DNA from: Alphaproteobacteria bacterium
Lineage (GTDB): Bacteria; Pseudomonadota; Alphaproteobacteria; Bin95
Assembly: GCA_965205265.1 (NCBI GenBank)
Contig: CBDBGH010000003.1
Location: 3,712,001 to 3,776,000 of the forward strand
Direction of reading: 5' to 3'
Length of the DNA stretch: 64,000 nucleotides
Below the pieces are notes generated by a model. That model was not told the DNA's origin. It saw only the letters and a list, made by a program, of their open reading frames with translations, and ran no database searches. Every line of letters starts with the position of its first letter. The stretch's first letter is position 1. A program made the position numbers and the translations under genes. Shown here piece by piece: positions 41,126-51,688 of this stretch.

Positions 41126-42333
41126 TCATGCCGCGGCCTCAATATGCCGTTCTGCCTCGCCGAGGCGGATTTCGCCGGACATGAGCTTTGGCAGAAGAAG
41201 GTCTCGGCCTTGCGCAAGGGTCTGGTTCTCTATCTTGTTGCTCTCCATGCGGTCGATGATGGGGGCGACAAGTGCCGAAAAGCCGGTTGTCAAGGCACTA
41301 CTGGCAATAGCAACCTCTGTTGCTTCCACGGCCTCGGGACGAACAGCGGGATAGGCAGCCCCATCTGCCAGATGCGCGAGACGTTCGATATTCTCGGGGG
41401 CAGTAGCGGAGAGAAATACAATCTCCGTATTTTGAAGCTCGCGAGGTCTGAGTACGGCAAAACCTGTACTGCCAGTCAGCCCCGGGACTCCAATAAACGC
41501 ATAGGAACCGTTACCGGGTCTGACCAATCCAATGACCGTGTCTCCGGGCCTCAGGATGCGTTTCGCTCGGCTGGGTGCGTCTCGCCAATGGAATCGTTGC
41601 GTTACTTCTACCGACCCCCATTTGGTGTTCGCGAGATCCACATACTCAATTTCGTCAGGAGCATTCTTCTTGGACCACGACTCTGGATTTACCTCGGCGA
41701 GCACCGAAAGGGGCGCCAGTGTCCAGCCAACCGGTTTGCCATCGTCATCCAACGTGTCGGGGAACAGCTCCCAGACTTCTGGCACCAAATATGGAGAGCG
41801 GCCTTCGGCCTTGGCACGGGTCGGACCGAAATCGACGAACCAGTCCTTGAAGATCGCCCGCGCCATCGCCTCCAGCGTCTCGTTCATCCGGCGGTTCAGG
41901 TCGATCTTGTCGTCAAGAGCGCCGAGGGTAGCTGCTATGGCACGCTGTTCTCGAAGGGGAGGAATCTCCAATTCCTGGACATAGACCGCGGCACGCGTCG
42001 TCGACGGAATGGGAGAGCCATCATCGATTTCGCCAAGCCTGTGGTAGATGATCGCGTAATAGAGCCAGCGCATATCGAACTCTACCTTGGGTTTCACAAA
42101 GTAGGCCGTATCGATGACGAAGAAGGGATCGTGACTGAAATGGACGCCGCGATAAGCGCCCTTTCGACCGAGGATTACTCCCGGGCCATCAGCTAGTGCT
42201 GTATCGGTCCAACCGATGGGGCCATTGGAACCAAAAACCCGGAACGGAGCCAAAGCATCCTGATAGCCTCGAACGGCTTTACCGTATTCGAGGCTTATTG
42301 CATCTCCCCATGTGGAATGCCGCCACCCTGTGA

Positions 42334-42337
<4 letters not shown>
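41126..42337 (-). CDS. hsdS: Type I restriction enzyme S subunit
   Basis: [33 protein letters not shown] and RD.LLPKL.SGE. Confidence 0.95.
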
Positions 42338-43875
<1,538 letters not shown>

Positions 43876-44268
43876 ATAGGCCGAACCCCTGATATCCATC
43901 GGAGGAGATACAGTTCGTCCGCTGGGTTTCGCTAATCCCGGAGCCTGCGGAACACAATACCAACCGGAATGGCGTAACCGACGCCGCCGGACAAATCAAT
44001 ACGACGCCTAGTTGACGAAGGGATCCCGGCGGGCGCCCGATGGCGGGCGGTCCTCCCTTACCCCCGTCCCTGTGGACCATGCAGGATAGTTGCTTTTCAG
44101 CAAATCCGGTCGATCCCAACCGGCGGTTTCCCCAGAAAACTCTCCGCAGCGCACCGGAGACCGAATGCGGAAGCCAAGCGAAACTTCTGCCGCCTTCGAA
44201 CTCGAACGCAATGTAAGCCCTGCGTACCAGTCTTTCCCGATCCAGATCGAGACCGCCCTTCCACCACC

Positions 44269-45231
44269 TCAAGCCTTCTCCTCGTCCTTGGGCGGTTTCC
44301 CCTCGATCGGGTGGCCCTTGGCATGGTTGTCGAGCATCTTATTGACGGTCTCGCTGGCCCAGCCCTTCTTGAATTTGTCTCCCGCAGCGATCATGCCGGC
44401 CGTCTCGGCGTGCAGCCGGTCCAGAATCCTGCCCAGGACCTCTTCCGTCAGCGCCCTGCGCCTGGGGCGAGGTCCGCAATAGAGATCGTGCAGCTTCTGG
44501 GCGATTCCCGCCATCTCCTCGATGTCGAAGACGAGGAACTTCACATCGGGCGGTTCGGGAGTCCCTTTCTCCGCCGCTTGCGCCTTCAGCTCTTCGCGGT
44601 CCTCCCGGGCTTTCTCGAGCGCGGCGCGCTGCCACCCGTTCTTGTGGTTCAGGCCGTGCCGGCTGACCATGAAGCAATAGATGCGCGGGCGGCCGGTTAC
44701 CGCCTCCACATGGTTCCGCGCACCCTCCCACTGCGTGTCGATATCGTCTTCCTTCAAATGGCGTATCGAGGTGACCTCGGCCAGAATGACGAAGCCCCCA
44801 TAGTCGGCACGAACATCGGGATTACCCTGCGGGGCGGCATAGTAGGGAAATGCCCTCCCCCTCTCGACATAGGTGCGGCAGGGACAGAGGGTCTTCTTCG
44901 GGCCGTCCAGGACGCTGAGGAACAGGCCCGCGATCAGTTCCAGCCCTACGGCCTTGGCAACCACCCGGAACTCCTTCACCGACTTCGCGTAGTCGGTCTC
45001 CGGCTCGTCCCCGGCGTTCTGCTTTTCCTGTGCGAGAGCCTTCAGATGGCGCAGCGCGGCAGCGGAATCGAAGCCGATGCGCGGATAGATCTCCAGTCTG
45101 TCCACCGTGTAGTTTTCATCCAGGAGGTGCCGCGCCGCCCGGGCCAGCGTTCCGGGCCTGACCCTTTGACCCGGCCTGGGGAACTCGACTTCCGGATCGG
45201 CGCCGACCGTGACGCGCGCCGCGAGGGTCAC
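44269..45231 (-). CDS. Putative AlwI/FokI-like PD-(D/E)xK nuclease-domain protein
   Basis: P..AAPQGNPDV.ADY..F.ILAEVT......Q....RNH.....Y.F.V, resembling AlwI/BspD6I catalytic cores; GTGA overlap with the upstream gene. Confidence 0.6.
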   Translation of the reverse strand: MTLAARVTVGADPEVEFPRPGQRVRPGTLARAARHLLDENYTVDRLEIYPRIGFDSAAALRHLKALAQEKQNAGDEPETDYAKSVKEFRVVAKAVGLELIAGLFLSVLDGPKKTLCPCRTYVERGRAFPYYAAPQGNPDVRADYGGFVILAEVTSIRHLKEDDIDTQWEGARNHVEAVTGRPRIYCFMVSRHGLNHKNGWQRAALEKAREDREELKAQAAEKGTPEPPDVKFLVFDIEEMAGIAQKLHDLYCGPRPRRRALTEEVLGRILDRLHAETAGMIAAGDKFKKGWASETVNKMLDNHAKGHPIEGKPPKDEEKA

Positions 45232-46106
45232 GCCCGCCCCTCCCGCCGGGCCCGCCGTTGCCGCCGCCGCTCGCGTCGCGGACGCCGCTTCAGGTCCGGC
45301 GCCGGGTGGAGCCACTGCAGGCTGCCGGGAAAGCCGCGAGGCGCGAGCACGCCGGCGTCGCAGAGCATGAGCACGGTCGAGCGCGCGGCGGGGATCTTGT
45401 CCCTGGCCTCCTTCTTGTTCTCCAGCAGCCACTCCGCCGCCGCATCGGCCATGACGAGGGCTGCGTATTCGATGCCGCCTTCGCCGACATCCAGTCCCTC
45501 CACGGCCGCTTCGCGCACCGCCATGATCTCCTCGGCGAACTCCCAGTAGTCGGGATGCTTTTCCAGATCCGCCATCCAGAAGTGCAGCCGCATGAACTCG
45601 GCCAGGCACAGTCCGCGCCGGAAGCGTGCCGACAGCGGATCGTTCACCCGTTCCGGAGGCTGGTCATCCAGCTCCTCGAAGGTGTTGTACAGTTGCGAGA
45701 CGACAAAGCGCTTGACGTCGTCCCTCCCCCGGACGCCGTAGTTTTCCGACACGGCACGCTGCAGCCACGCCCGGTCCTCTATGCGACGCAACTGCTCCGG
45801 CGTGATCCTCCCGTTCTCGTCGAACAGTTCCAGATGCTGCATCTGGTCGAGGCAGTCCTCTGCCATGGCGCGCACGGTGGCGGCGCGGTCCGGCCTTCCC
45901 GGATTGCCCTCCTCGTCCTCTTTCGGCGCCCCCAGCACCCCCAGACCCTCCAGGTGGCCGTCGCTCAGGGCCTCCTTCCGGATTGCGGCCTCCAGCATGT
46001 CGAGAGCCAGAGGCCCGGTCGCGCCGCTCTCCTCCAGATAACGGGCGGCCGCCGGCAGGAAGAACAGTTCCTGCTGCACGCCGGCCAGGAAGGGCGTCTT
46101 ATCCAT
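45228..46106 (-). CDS. Hypothetical protein, possibly winged-helix DNA-binding (AlwI N-terminal-like)
   Basis: Host-like codon usage; 8-bp overlap with the upstream gene; LF..NGRIT, GL.LAEF and EI..VR pattern; Arg-rich tail. Confidence 0.55.
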   Translation of the reverse strand: MDKTPFLAGVQQELFFLPAAARYLEESGATGPLALDMLEAAIRKEALSDGHLEGLGVLGAPKEDEEGNPGRPDRAATVRAMAEDCLDQMQHLELFDENGRITPEQLRRIEDRAWLQRAVSENYGVRGRDDVKRFVVSQLYNTFEELDDQPPERVNDPLSARFRRGLCLAEFMRLHFWMADLEKHPDYWEFAEEIMAVREAAVEGLDVGEGGIEYAALVMADAAAEWLLENKKEARDKIPAARSTVLMLCDAGVLAPRGFPGSLQWLHPAPDLKRRPRRERRRQRRARREGRA

Positions 46107-48087
46107 TGCCAATCCTCTCGGTCAGCTCGCCGGCCTCTTTCCAGCCCAGGCGAATGCGCAGGCGCCGGGCGATATTGAAGCCGTTTTTCATGCCCTGCTC
46201 GCGCATCAGGCCCAGAATACGGGCCGGAAGCATCTTCCGGGTGCCCCAGGGGCGATCGTAGTTGATGGTGAACCAGGACAGCCATATCCCGCTTATCGCA
46301 GGGCGCAGGCTTTCCGAGGCTTCGGTGTAGCTGGGGTTGCTGTCCGCGCGGAACCGGGGCCGCCGGGCGGCCGGAGCCCGCCTGCGCATGGCCTGGATGG
46401 CCGAATCCACCGATTGCAGGTTCGCGTAACGCAGGAAGGCGTTGACCTCGCCCTCGGGCGGCCAGCCCCGGTCCGGGCCCTGCGACAACCACAACAGCGC
46501 AGTGTGGAGGCCGGGACGGGGCGGGAAAAGCATCCACCCCCATTTGCCGTCCTTTGACCAGGCGCCTTCCATCGCCTGCTTGAAGAGCCGCGCCTTCGCT
46601 GCCGCGACGTCCACGGGGTTCGCCGCCCGGAGATCGAGGCCGGCCGATTCCAACTCGTTCTCAAGTCGCTGTTTCCAGGTGTTCGCGATCTGCTCCTTCC
46701 GGGCTTCCCAGATCTTGTTCCGGTCGCCGCCCGGCGCTTTCGTGAACTTTTTCGTTTGCACGACCGCGATCTCGACGCGGCGGCTGGAGGGCTTTGCGTC
46801 CTCATTCGAAGGCGCGGTCCCGGCCAGGGATTCGAGAGGTCCGGGAGGATTGCGCATGTCCTCGGCAAAGACGGCGACGGCGCTCCTGTAGGCCGTTTTC
46901 TCCCCGTCCATGCAGAGGGTGACCTGCCTGAACCGGCGCGTCAGTTCCCGGATCACCATGAAATGCGCGAGTTCCGAATAGTCGCGGCGCATGAGCAGGC
47001 CGCCGGCGCCGAGATAGGACGTCTCGCCCTGTCTCCTGCCTTCATTGTTGTCTGCCTGGCTCTCCTTCGTCTTCTTCTTCGTCCCGTAGGGGGTGCTGTA
47101 GTGGTAGAGATGATCGAAACGCCGCCCGGCCAGGGGCCGTTCCAGGTCCTCTTCGTCTTCCTGCACGTCCTTCGCGATGTCGGCCACCGGCCTGTCTTTG
47201 CGCCGGAAGACCGCACAGGGATGGGCGGCGAGCAGGAACCAGGTGCGGGGCCTGTGGATGCGCATCACCGTCATCGCCACCGGAAGCAGGTTCTGGCGCT
47301 TCTCATGGGCTGCCGTCGGTGTCCTGAGCGATACGCTCATCGTGTCGAACCTGAGGGTGGCGATCCCGTTGAACGGGCTGTCCTCCGGGCCGGGTTCTTC
47401 CCCGTCGTTCGCGTTCATGAACAGGCGGCGGAGCCGCTTCAGGTAGCCGGGCGCCATCAGGCCGGCATTGCAGAAACTGTGATAGTCCCGGATCTGCCGC
47501 CCCAGGCACGAGAGCAGGCCCTGGTAGAGCTGAAACTCGACGGCGGGGTCTTCGAGAAGCACCATCGAGTTGCGCATGCCCAGGCCGACGCGCACATGCT
47601 TGTAGATCGTCGTCAGGCGGCGGTTCATGGCATCGCGGTCCTCCGGCTTGTCCACCAGATTGAAGGGCTCGCCGAGTTCGACCCCCGACCGGCATTTGCG
47701 GCACCGGAGCCGGTGGAGGTCCTTGCCGCTGTTCAGCCGGTAGTGCTGCCGATGCTCGAAGGCATTGATGCCGTAATTCCCGCAATCCTCGCTGGGGCAG
47801 GCGGCGAACGGGATGCTCTGCCTCTTGAACCAGACATAGGCGGTACGCAGCGACCGGTTCGACAGCAGCCGCGCGGTCAACCTGCAGCTGTTGCACCGGT
47901 AGCGATGGGCGTCCCCGGTGAAAGCGGCGGAAACGATGGTGTAGCGGTCCGCATAGGCATCCATGTCCGGGGCCGGCCCGAAATTGGGGCACATCGGATT
48001 GCGGCAGAAATTGGCGTTGAAGGTGAATCCCGGCTCGACCTGCGGGAACGGGATCGGCTCGAACGCCTCGAGATGAACCTCTTTCAT
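46099..48087 (-). CDS. Zn-finger, IS1/IS1595-related RNase H-fold (DDE/DDD-like) protein
   Basis: C4 pairs CRNPMC/CNSC and CPSEDC/CRKC; acidic motifs LRFDT, LCMDGE and QSVDS..QAMRRR; C-terminal NY...PA.ILGL. Confidence 0.65.
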   Translation of the reverse strand: MKEVHLEAFEPIPFPQVEPGFTFNANFCRNPMCPNFGPAPDMDAYADRYTIVSAAFTGDAHRYRCNSCRLTARLLSNRSLRTAYVWFKRQSIPFAACPSEDCGNYGINAFEHRQHYRLNSGKDLHRLRCRKCRSGVELGEPFNLVDKPEDRDAMNRRLTTIYKHVRVGLGMRNSMVLLEDPAVEFQLYQGLLSCLGRQIRDYHSFCNAGLMAPGYLKRLRRLFMNANDGEEPGPEDSPFNGIATLRFDTMSVSLRTPTAAHEKRQNLLPVAMTVMRIHRPRTWFLLAAHPCAVFRRKDRPVADIAKDVQEDEEDLERPLAGRRFDHLYHYSTPYGTKKKTKESQADNNEGRRQGETSYLGAGGLLMRRDYSELAHFMVIRELTRRFRQVTLCMDGEKTAYRSAVAVFAEDMRNPPGPLESLAGTAPSNEDAKPSSRRVEIAVVQTKKFTKAPGGDRNKIWEARKEQIANTWKQRLENELESAGLDLRAANPVDVAAAKARLFKQAMEGAWSKDGKWGWMLFPPRPGLHTALLWLSQGPDRGWPPEGEVNAFLRYANLQSVDSAIQAMRRRAPAARRPRFRADSNPSYTEASESLRPAISGIWLSWFTINYDRPWGTRKMLPARILGLMREQGMKNGFNIARRLRIRLGWKEAGELTERIGNG

Positions 48088-48132
48088 GCCTCAGACCGTC
48101 TTCACGGCTGGGGCGGCCCAAGGGGCCCCCCG

Positions 48133-48169
48133 TCCCGGAATAGCACCGGGAAGGAATTTCCTTGTCAAG
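48133..48169 (-). promoter_or_regulatory. Putative promoter/operator of the three-gene operon
   Basis: CTTGACA-N17-TGCTAT with palindrome TCCCGG-N7-CCGGGA, about 45 bp upstream of the ATG at 48087. Confidence 0.65.
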
Positions 48170-48321
48170 CGGACCGGTTCATGGGCGCGGGAGGGAATCC
48201 CGGTCAGAGTCCCGGAAACGGGCTCATATCATCCGATTTTGCCAAGAATGACCCATCCGGCAAATCAGTACGGGCTGGAAGCGATTGAAATAAAGGAATT
48301 CACATGAGTTTAGGAATGACA

Positions 48322-48338
48322 CAAAATCTTCATCGGCT
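48322..48338. repeat. 17-bp direct repeat, tRNA-proximal copy
   Basis: Begins 1 nt after the tRNA CCA on the minus strand; 16/17 match to 27697-27713. Confidence 0.75.
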
Positions 48339-48339
48339 A

Positions 48340-48430
48340 TGGCGGAGAGGGTGGGATTCGAACCCACGATACGGGGTTACCGTATACACGCGTTCCAGGC
48401 GTGCGCCTTCAGCCACTCGGCCACCTCCCC
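48340..48430 (-). tRNA. tRNA-Ser (GGA)
   Basis: GGGGAGG/CCTCTCC acceptor stem, CACGC-CTGGAAC-GCGTG anticodon arm, long variable arm, GGTTCGAATCC T-loop, encoded CCA. Confidence 0.97.
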
Positions 48431-48526
48431 GGCGGAGCGGAAGATAGGTGCGGGGCGGCGGGCGCGCAAGTTGCCGGCGGCTGTGCCATGATGGCCCGGC
48501 GCACCCGGCGGGAGGAGAGGCGGGCC

Positions 48527-49912
48527 ATGGAAAAGACCTTCCAGTTCTCGAACATGCACCACGAGCTGATGGCCCGCGACGAGGCCTATATCTACGGCTG
48601 GCGCTACGAACCCCGGGTCATCTTCGAGAGCGGCCGGGGGATCGTGCTGAAGGACGTGGACGGCAGGGAGTATTTCGACCTCACCGCCGGCATGATGTGC
48701 ATGGTGCTGGGCCACAGCCACCCGGAGCTGACCGAGGCGATCCGCGAGCAGGCGGACAAACTGGTCCACACCTCCTCCTGGTATTCCAACCCCTGGCTGA
48801 TCGAGTTCGCCGAGCTCATCGCAGGCACGCTGCCGGGCGACCTCAAGGTGGTGAACTTCGCCGTCACGGGCTCCGAGGCCAACGAGATCGCCATGCGCAT
48901 GGCGCTCGGCGTCACCGGGCGCTACGACATCGTGTCGGTGATACGCGGCCTGCATGGCGGCAGCCTGGCGGCCGAGGCCGTGACCAGCGTCGGCGGCGGG
49001 CGCAAGGCGCATCTGGGGCCCCTGATGATGCCCTCGCACCGCAATGCGATCTACGCCCCGCTCTGCTACCGCTGCCCGGTCAACCTCGAATATCCCGGCT
49101 GCAATGTGGCCTGCCTCGACCACAGCGAAGAGCTGATGGAGCACATCACCAGCCGCAACCTCGCGCTCATCATGGCCGAGACGATCCCCGTGGCGGGCGG
49201 CATGGTGGTGCCGCCGCCGGAATGGCTGCCGCGCCTGCGGGCGATGGCCGACCGCTGGGGCGCGCTGCTGATGCTGGACGAGGCGCAGCTGGCGCCCGCC
49301 AAGACCGGCAGCATCTGGGCCTTCGAGCAGTATGACGCGATGCCGGACATCGTCTCCTTCGGCAAGGGCATGACCGCCGGCATGGGCATTGCCGGCACGG
49401 TCACGACGCCGGAGATCGCGGAGGAGGCGCGCGGCAGGGCGGGCCTGCCCTGGGGCGGCACCTATTCCGGCGACCCGCTGCCGGCCGCCGTCGCACTGAA
49501 GCAGCTCCAGATCGTGCTGCGCGACAATCTCGCCGAACAGGCGGCCGCCAAGGGCGCGCGGCTCCGCGCCGGGCTGGAGGCGATCCAGCGGAAATACGAT
49601 GTCGTCGGCGATGTGCGCGGCACGGGCCTCTACTACCTGCTGGATATCGTCGAGACGCCGGAGAGCCGGCGGCCGGACCCGGCGATGGCGGAGCGCATCC
49701 GCTACAACGCGCTGCTGGAGGGGCTGGCCACCATCGCGGTCAAGAACTTCATCCGCGTCTGCCCGGCGCTCATCATCACCGAGGCCGAGATCGACGAGAC
49801 GCTCAGCCGGCTGGAGACCGCCGTGCAGCGCGCCGTGGAGGGCTTCCCGAGGGAGCTCGACTACGCGACCTCAAGCTCGCTCGCCGCCCGCCCCGCCGCC
49901 GCCGCGCAGTAG
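48527..49912 (+). CDS. Class III PLP-dependent aminotransferase
   Basis: G.G..L.DVDG.EY.D, LGHSHP, TGSEANE, DEAQ and PDIVSFGKG. Confidence 0.9.
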   Translation: MEKTFQFSNMHHELMARDEAYIYGWRYEPRVIFESGRGIVLKDVDGREYFDLTAGMMCMVLGHSHPELTEAIREQADKLVHTSSWYSNPWLIEFAELIAGTLPGDLKVVNFAVTGSEANEIAMRMALGVTGRYDIVSVIRGLHGGSLAAEAVTSVGGGRKAHLGPLMMPSHRNAIYAPLCYRCPVNLEYPGCNVACLDHSEELMEHITSRNLALIMAETIPVAGGMVVPPPEWLPRLRAMADRWGALLMLDEAQLAPAKTGSIWAFEQYDAMPDIVSFGKGMTAGMGIAGTVTTPEIAEEARGRAGLPWGGTYSGDPLPAAVALKQLQIVLRDNLAEQAAAKGARLRAGLEAIQRKYDVVGDVRGTGLYYLLDIVETPESRRPDPAMAERIRYNALLEGLATIAVKNFIRVCPALIITEAEIDETLSRLETAVQRAVEGFPRELDYATSSSLAARPAAAAQ

Positions 49913-49942
49913 CGCCCACCGTCGCCCGGGTTCCCCGCTTTG

Positions 49943-50070
49943 CTCCCCTCCCGCTCGGCGGGAGGGGCTGGGGGAGGGCCTCTCGGCGTGACGGGGCTTC
50001 GCCCGCCGCTTCCGCTGGCGCGCAAGCGGCCCCCCCACCCGACCTTGCAAGCGGGGGAGGAGGTTCCTGG
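49943..50070. repeat. Degenerate REP-like GC-rich palindromic element between convergent genes
   Basis: CTCCCCTCC.CTCGGCGGGAGGGG..GGGGAGGG ... CCCCCACCCGACC..GCAAGCGGGGGAGG. Confidence 0.55.
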
Positions 50071-50144
50071 GGCTCTTCTCGCAAGCGGAGAAGAGGTTTC
50101 CGGCAGCAAGCGGTCCGGGTTCCGCTCGTCGATATGCCGCCCCG

Positions 50145-51659
50145 TCAGAGCGAGCGCCAGTCGTAATTCGCCTCGAAGGCCGCCGCCGCTTTGTAGATCG
50201 TCGGCTCGCCCCACCAGCGCCCGGTAATCATCAGCCCGGCCGGCAGGCCGTCCACCATGCCGCAGGGCACCGACATGGAGGGCTGGCCGGTGTAGTTGTA
50301 GGTCGGGCAGTTGGCCAGCATGTTCCAGGCGTGCGTGCAGTATTCGGTGATCGAGGCGTCCGGGCCCGGCATGGCCTGCGCCACCAGCGGCGTGGTCGGC
50401 ATCAGAAGCAAGTCGTAGCTCTCCATCAGCCGCGCGAAGCCGTCCTTCGCCTTGCGCTGCAGGTTCATGCCCTTGGCGTAGATGCGCCCGCCCAGCGCCT
50501 CCATGTACCAGGCGCCGAGCAGGGTGAAGGCGCGGACGGTCGGCGGCAGCTCGTGCCCGCGCACCATCCAGCGGTTGCTGCGCTCCAGCGCCCCGCCGAC
50601 ATACAGGCCGGGCAGGCCGTAGAACACGCCGCCCTGCAGCATCATCTCCCGCGCCAGCCCCTCCGCGAGCGCCGGGAAATACATCACCGCGGCCTCGCGG
50701 TGCAGCGGGAAGGAGATCGTCTCGACCGCCGCGCCGAGCTCGCTGAACTTGCCGCAGGCCGCGCGGACGACCGCATCTGACTCCGCCTCGGAGCCCGGAT
50801 GGTCGAACCCCTCCTCGATTACGGCGATGCGCAAGCCCGAGACGCCGCCCTCCAGCATTTCGGAATAGGGATGCGTGACCACATCGCGCTGCCGGCCGTC
50901 TATGCCGTCCGCGCCGGCAATGGCCTCCAGCATGAGCGCGTTGTCGGCGACATTGGCCGTCATCGGCCCGACATGGTCGATGCCGGCCTCGATGCCGAGC
51001 ACGCCGGTATAGGGCACGAGGCCGTGCGTCGGCTTCATGCCGTATATGCCGCAGAAGGAGGCCGGCATGCGGATCGAGCCGCCCTGGTCGCCGCCGATGG
51101 CCATATCCACCTCGCCGGCCGCCACCAGCGCGGCGCTGCCGGAGGACGAGCCGCCGGCGCTGTAGCCCATCCGGTGGGGGTTGTGGCAGGGGCCGGTGGC
51201 ATTGCTGTGGCTGCTGCCGGAGAGGCAGTAGTTCTCGCAATGCGCCTTGCCGAGGATGGTGGCGCCCGCGTCCAGCAGGCGCGTCACGATGGTGGCGTCC
51301 ACCTCCGGGACATAGCCCTCAAGGATCGAGGTGCCGTTCATCATCGGCACGCCGGCCAGCATGATGTTGTCCTTGAGCGCGACGGTCTTGCCCTTGAGCG
51401 GGCCGTCGGCCGCGCCCTCGACCCGGCTCTTGTAGTACCAGGCGTTGTATCTGTTCTCCTCGCCCTCCGGCCGGTAGCCGGTGGTGCGTGGATATTTCAC
51501 CGCCGGCAGGTAATCCGGCATTTTCTGCTGCGCGTCGGCCATGGCGGCCAGCGGGGCCAGCAGCTCGCTGTATTCCTGCGCTTCCTCATCGGTGAGCCCG
51601 AAGCCGAGCGAGCGGCCGAGTTCCTGCAGTTCAGACGCTTTGGGACCCTGAATCGTCAT
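50145..51659 (-). CDS. Amidase-signature family amidase, paralog 2
   Basis: ALKDN, GGSSSGS and GGDQGGSIR.PA. Confidence 0.92.
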   Translation of the reverse strand: MTIQGPKASELQELGRSLGFGLTDEEAQEYSELLAPLAAMADAQQKMPDYLPAVKYPRTTGYRPEGEENRYNAWYYKSRVEGAADGPLKGKTVALKDNIMLAGVPMMNGTSILEGYVPEVDATIVTRLLDAGATILGKAHCENYCLSGSSHSNATGPCHNPHRMGYSAGGSSSGSAALVAAGEVDMAIGGDQGGSIRMPASFCGIYGMKPTHGLVPYTGVLGIEAGIDHVGPMTANVADNALMLEAIAGADGIDGRQRDVVTHPYSEMLEGGVSGLRIAVIEEGFDHPGSEAESDAVVRAACGKFSELGAAVETISFPLHREAAVMYFPALAEGLAREMMLQGGVFYGLPGLYVGGALERSNRWMVRGHELPPTVRAFTLLGAWYMEALGGRIYAKGMNLQRKAKDGFARLMESYDLLLMPTTPLVAQAMPGPDASITEYCTHAWNMLANCPTYNYTGQPSMSVPCGMVDGLPAGLMITGRWWGEPTIYKAAAAFEANYDWRSL

Positions 51660-51688
51660 CCGTCCTTCCTCCTCGATCGCGTTTCCCT

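Noticed and set aside
43987-44003. CCGGACAAATCAATACG resembling CCGGCAAATCAGTACG (48257-48272) as a second end of a small element
   Set aside because: Gapped, direct orientation and short; kept only as a hint for comparative analysis.
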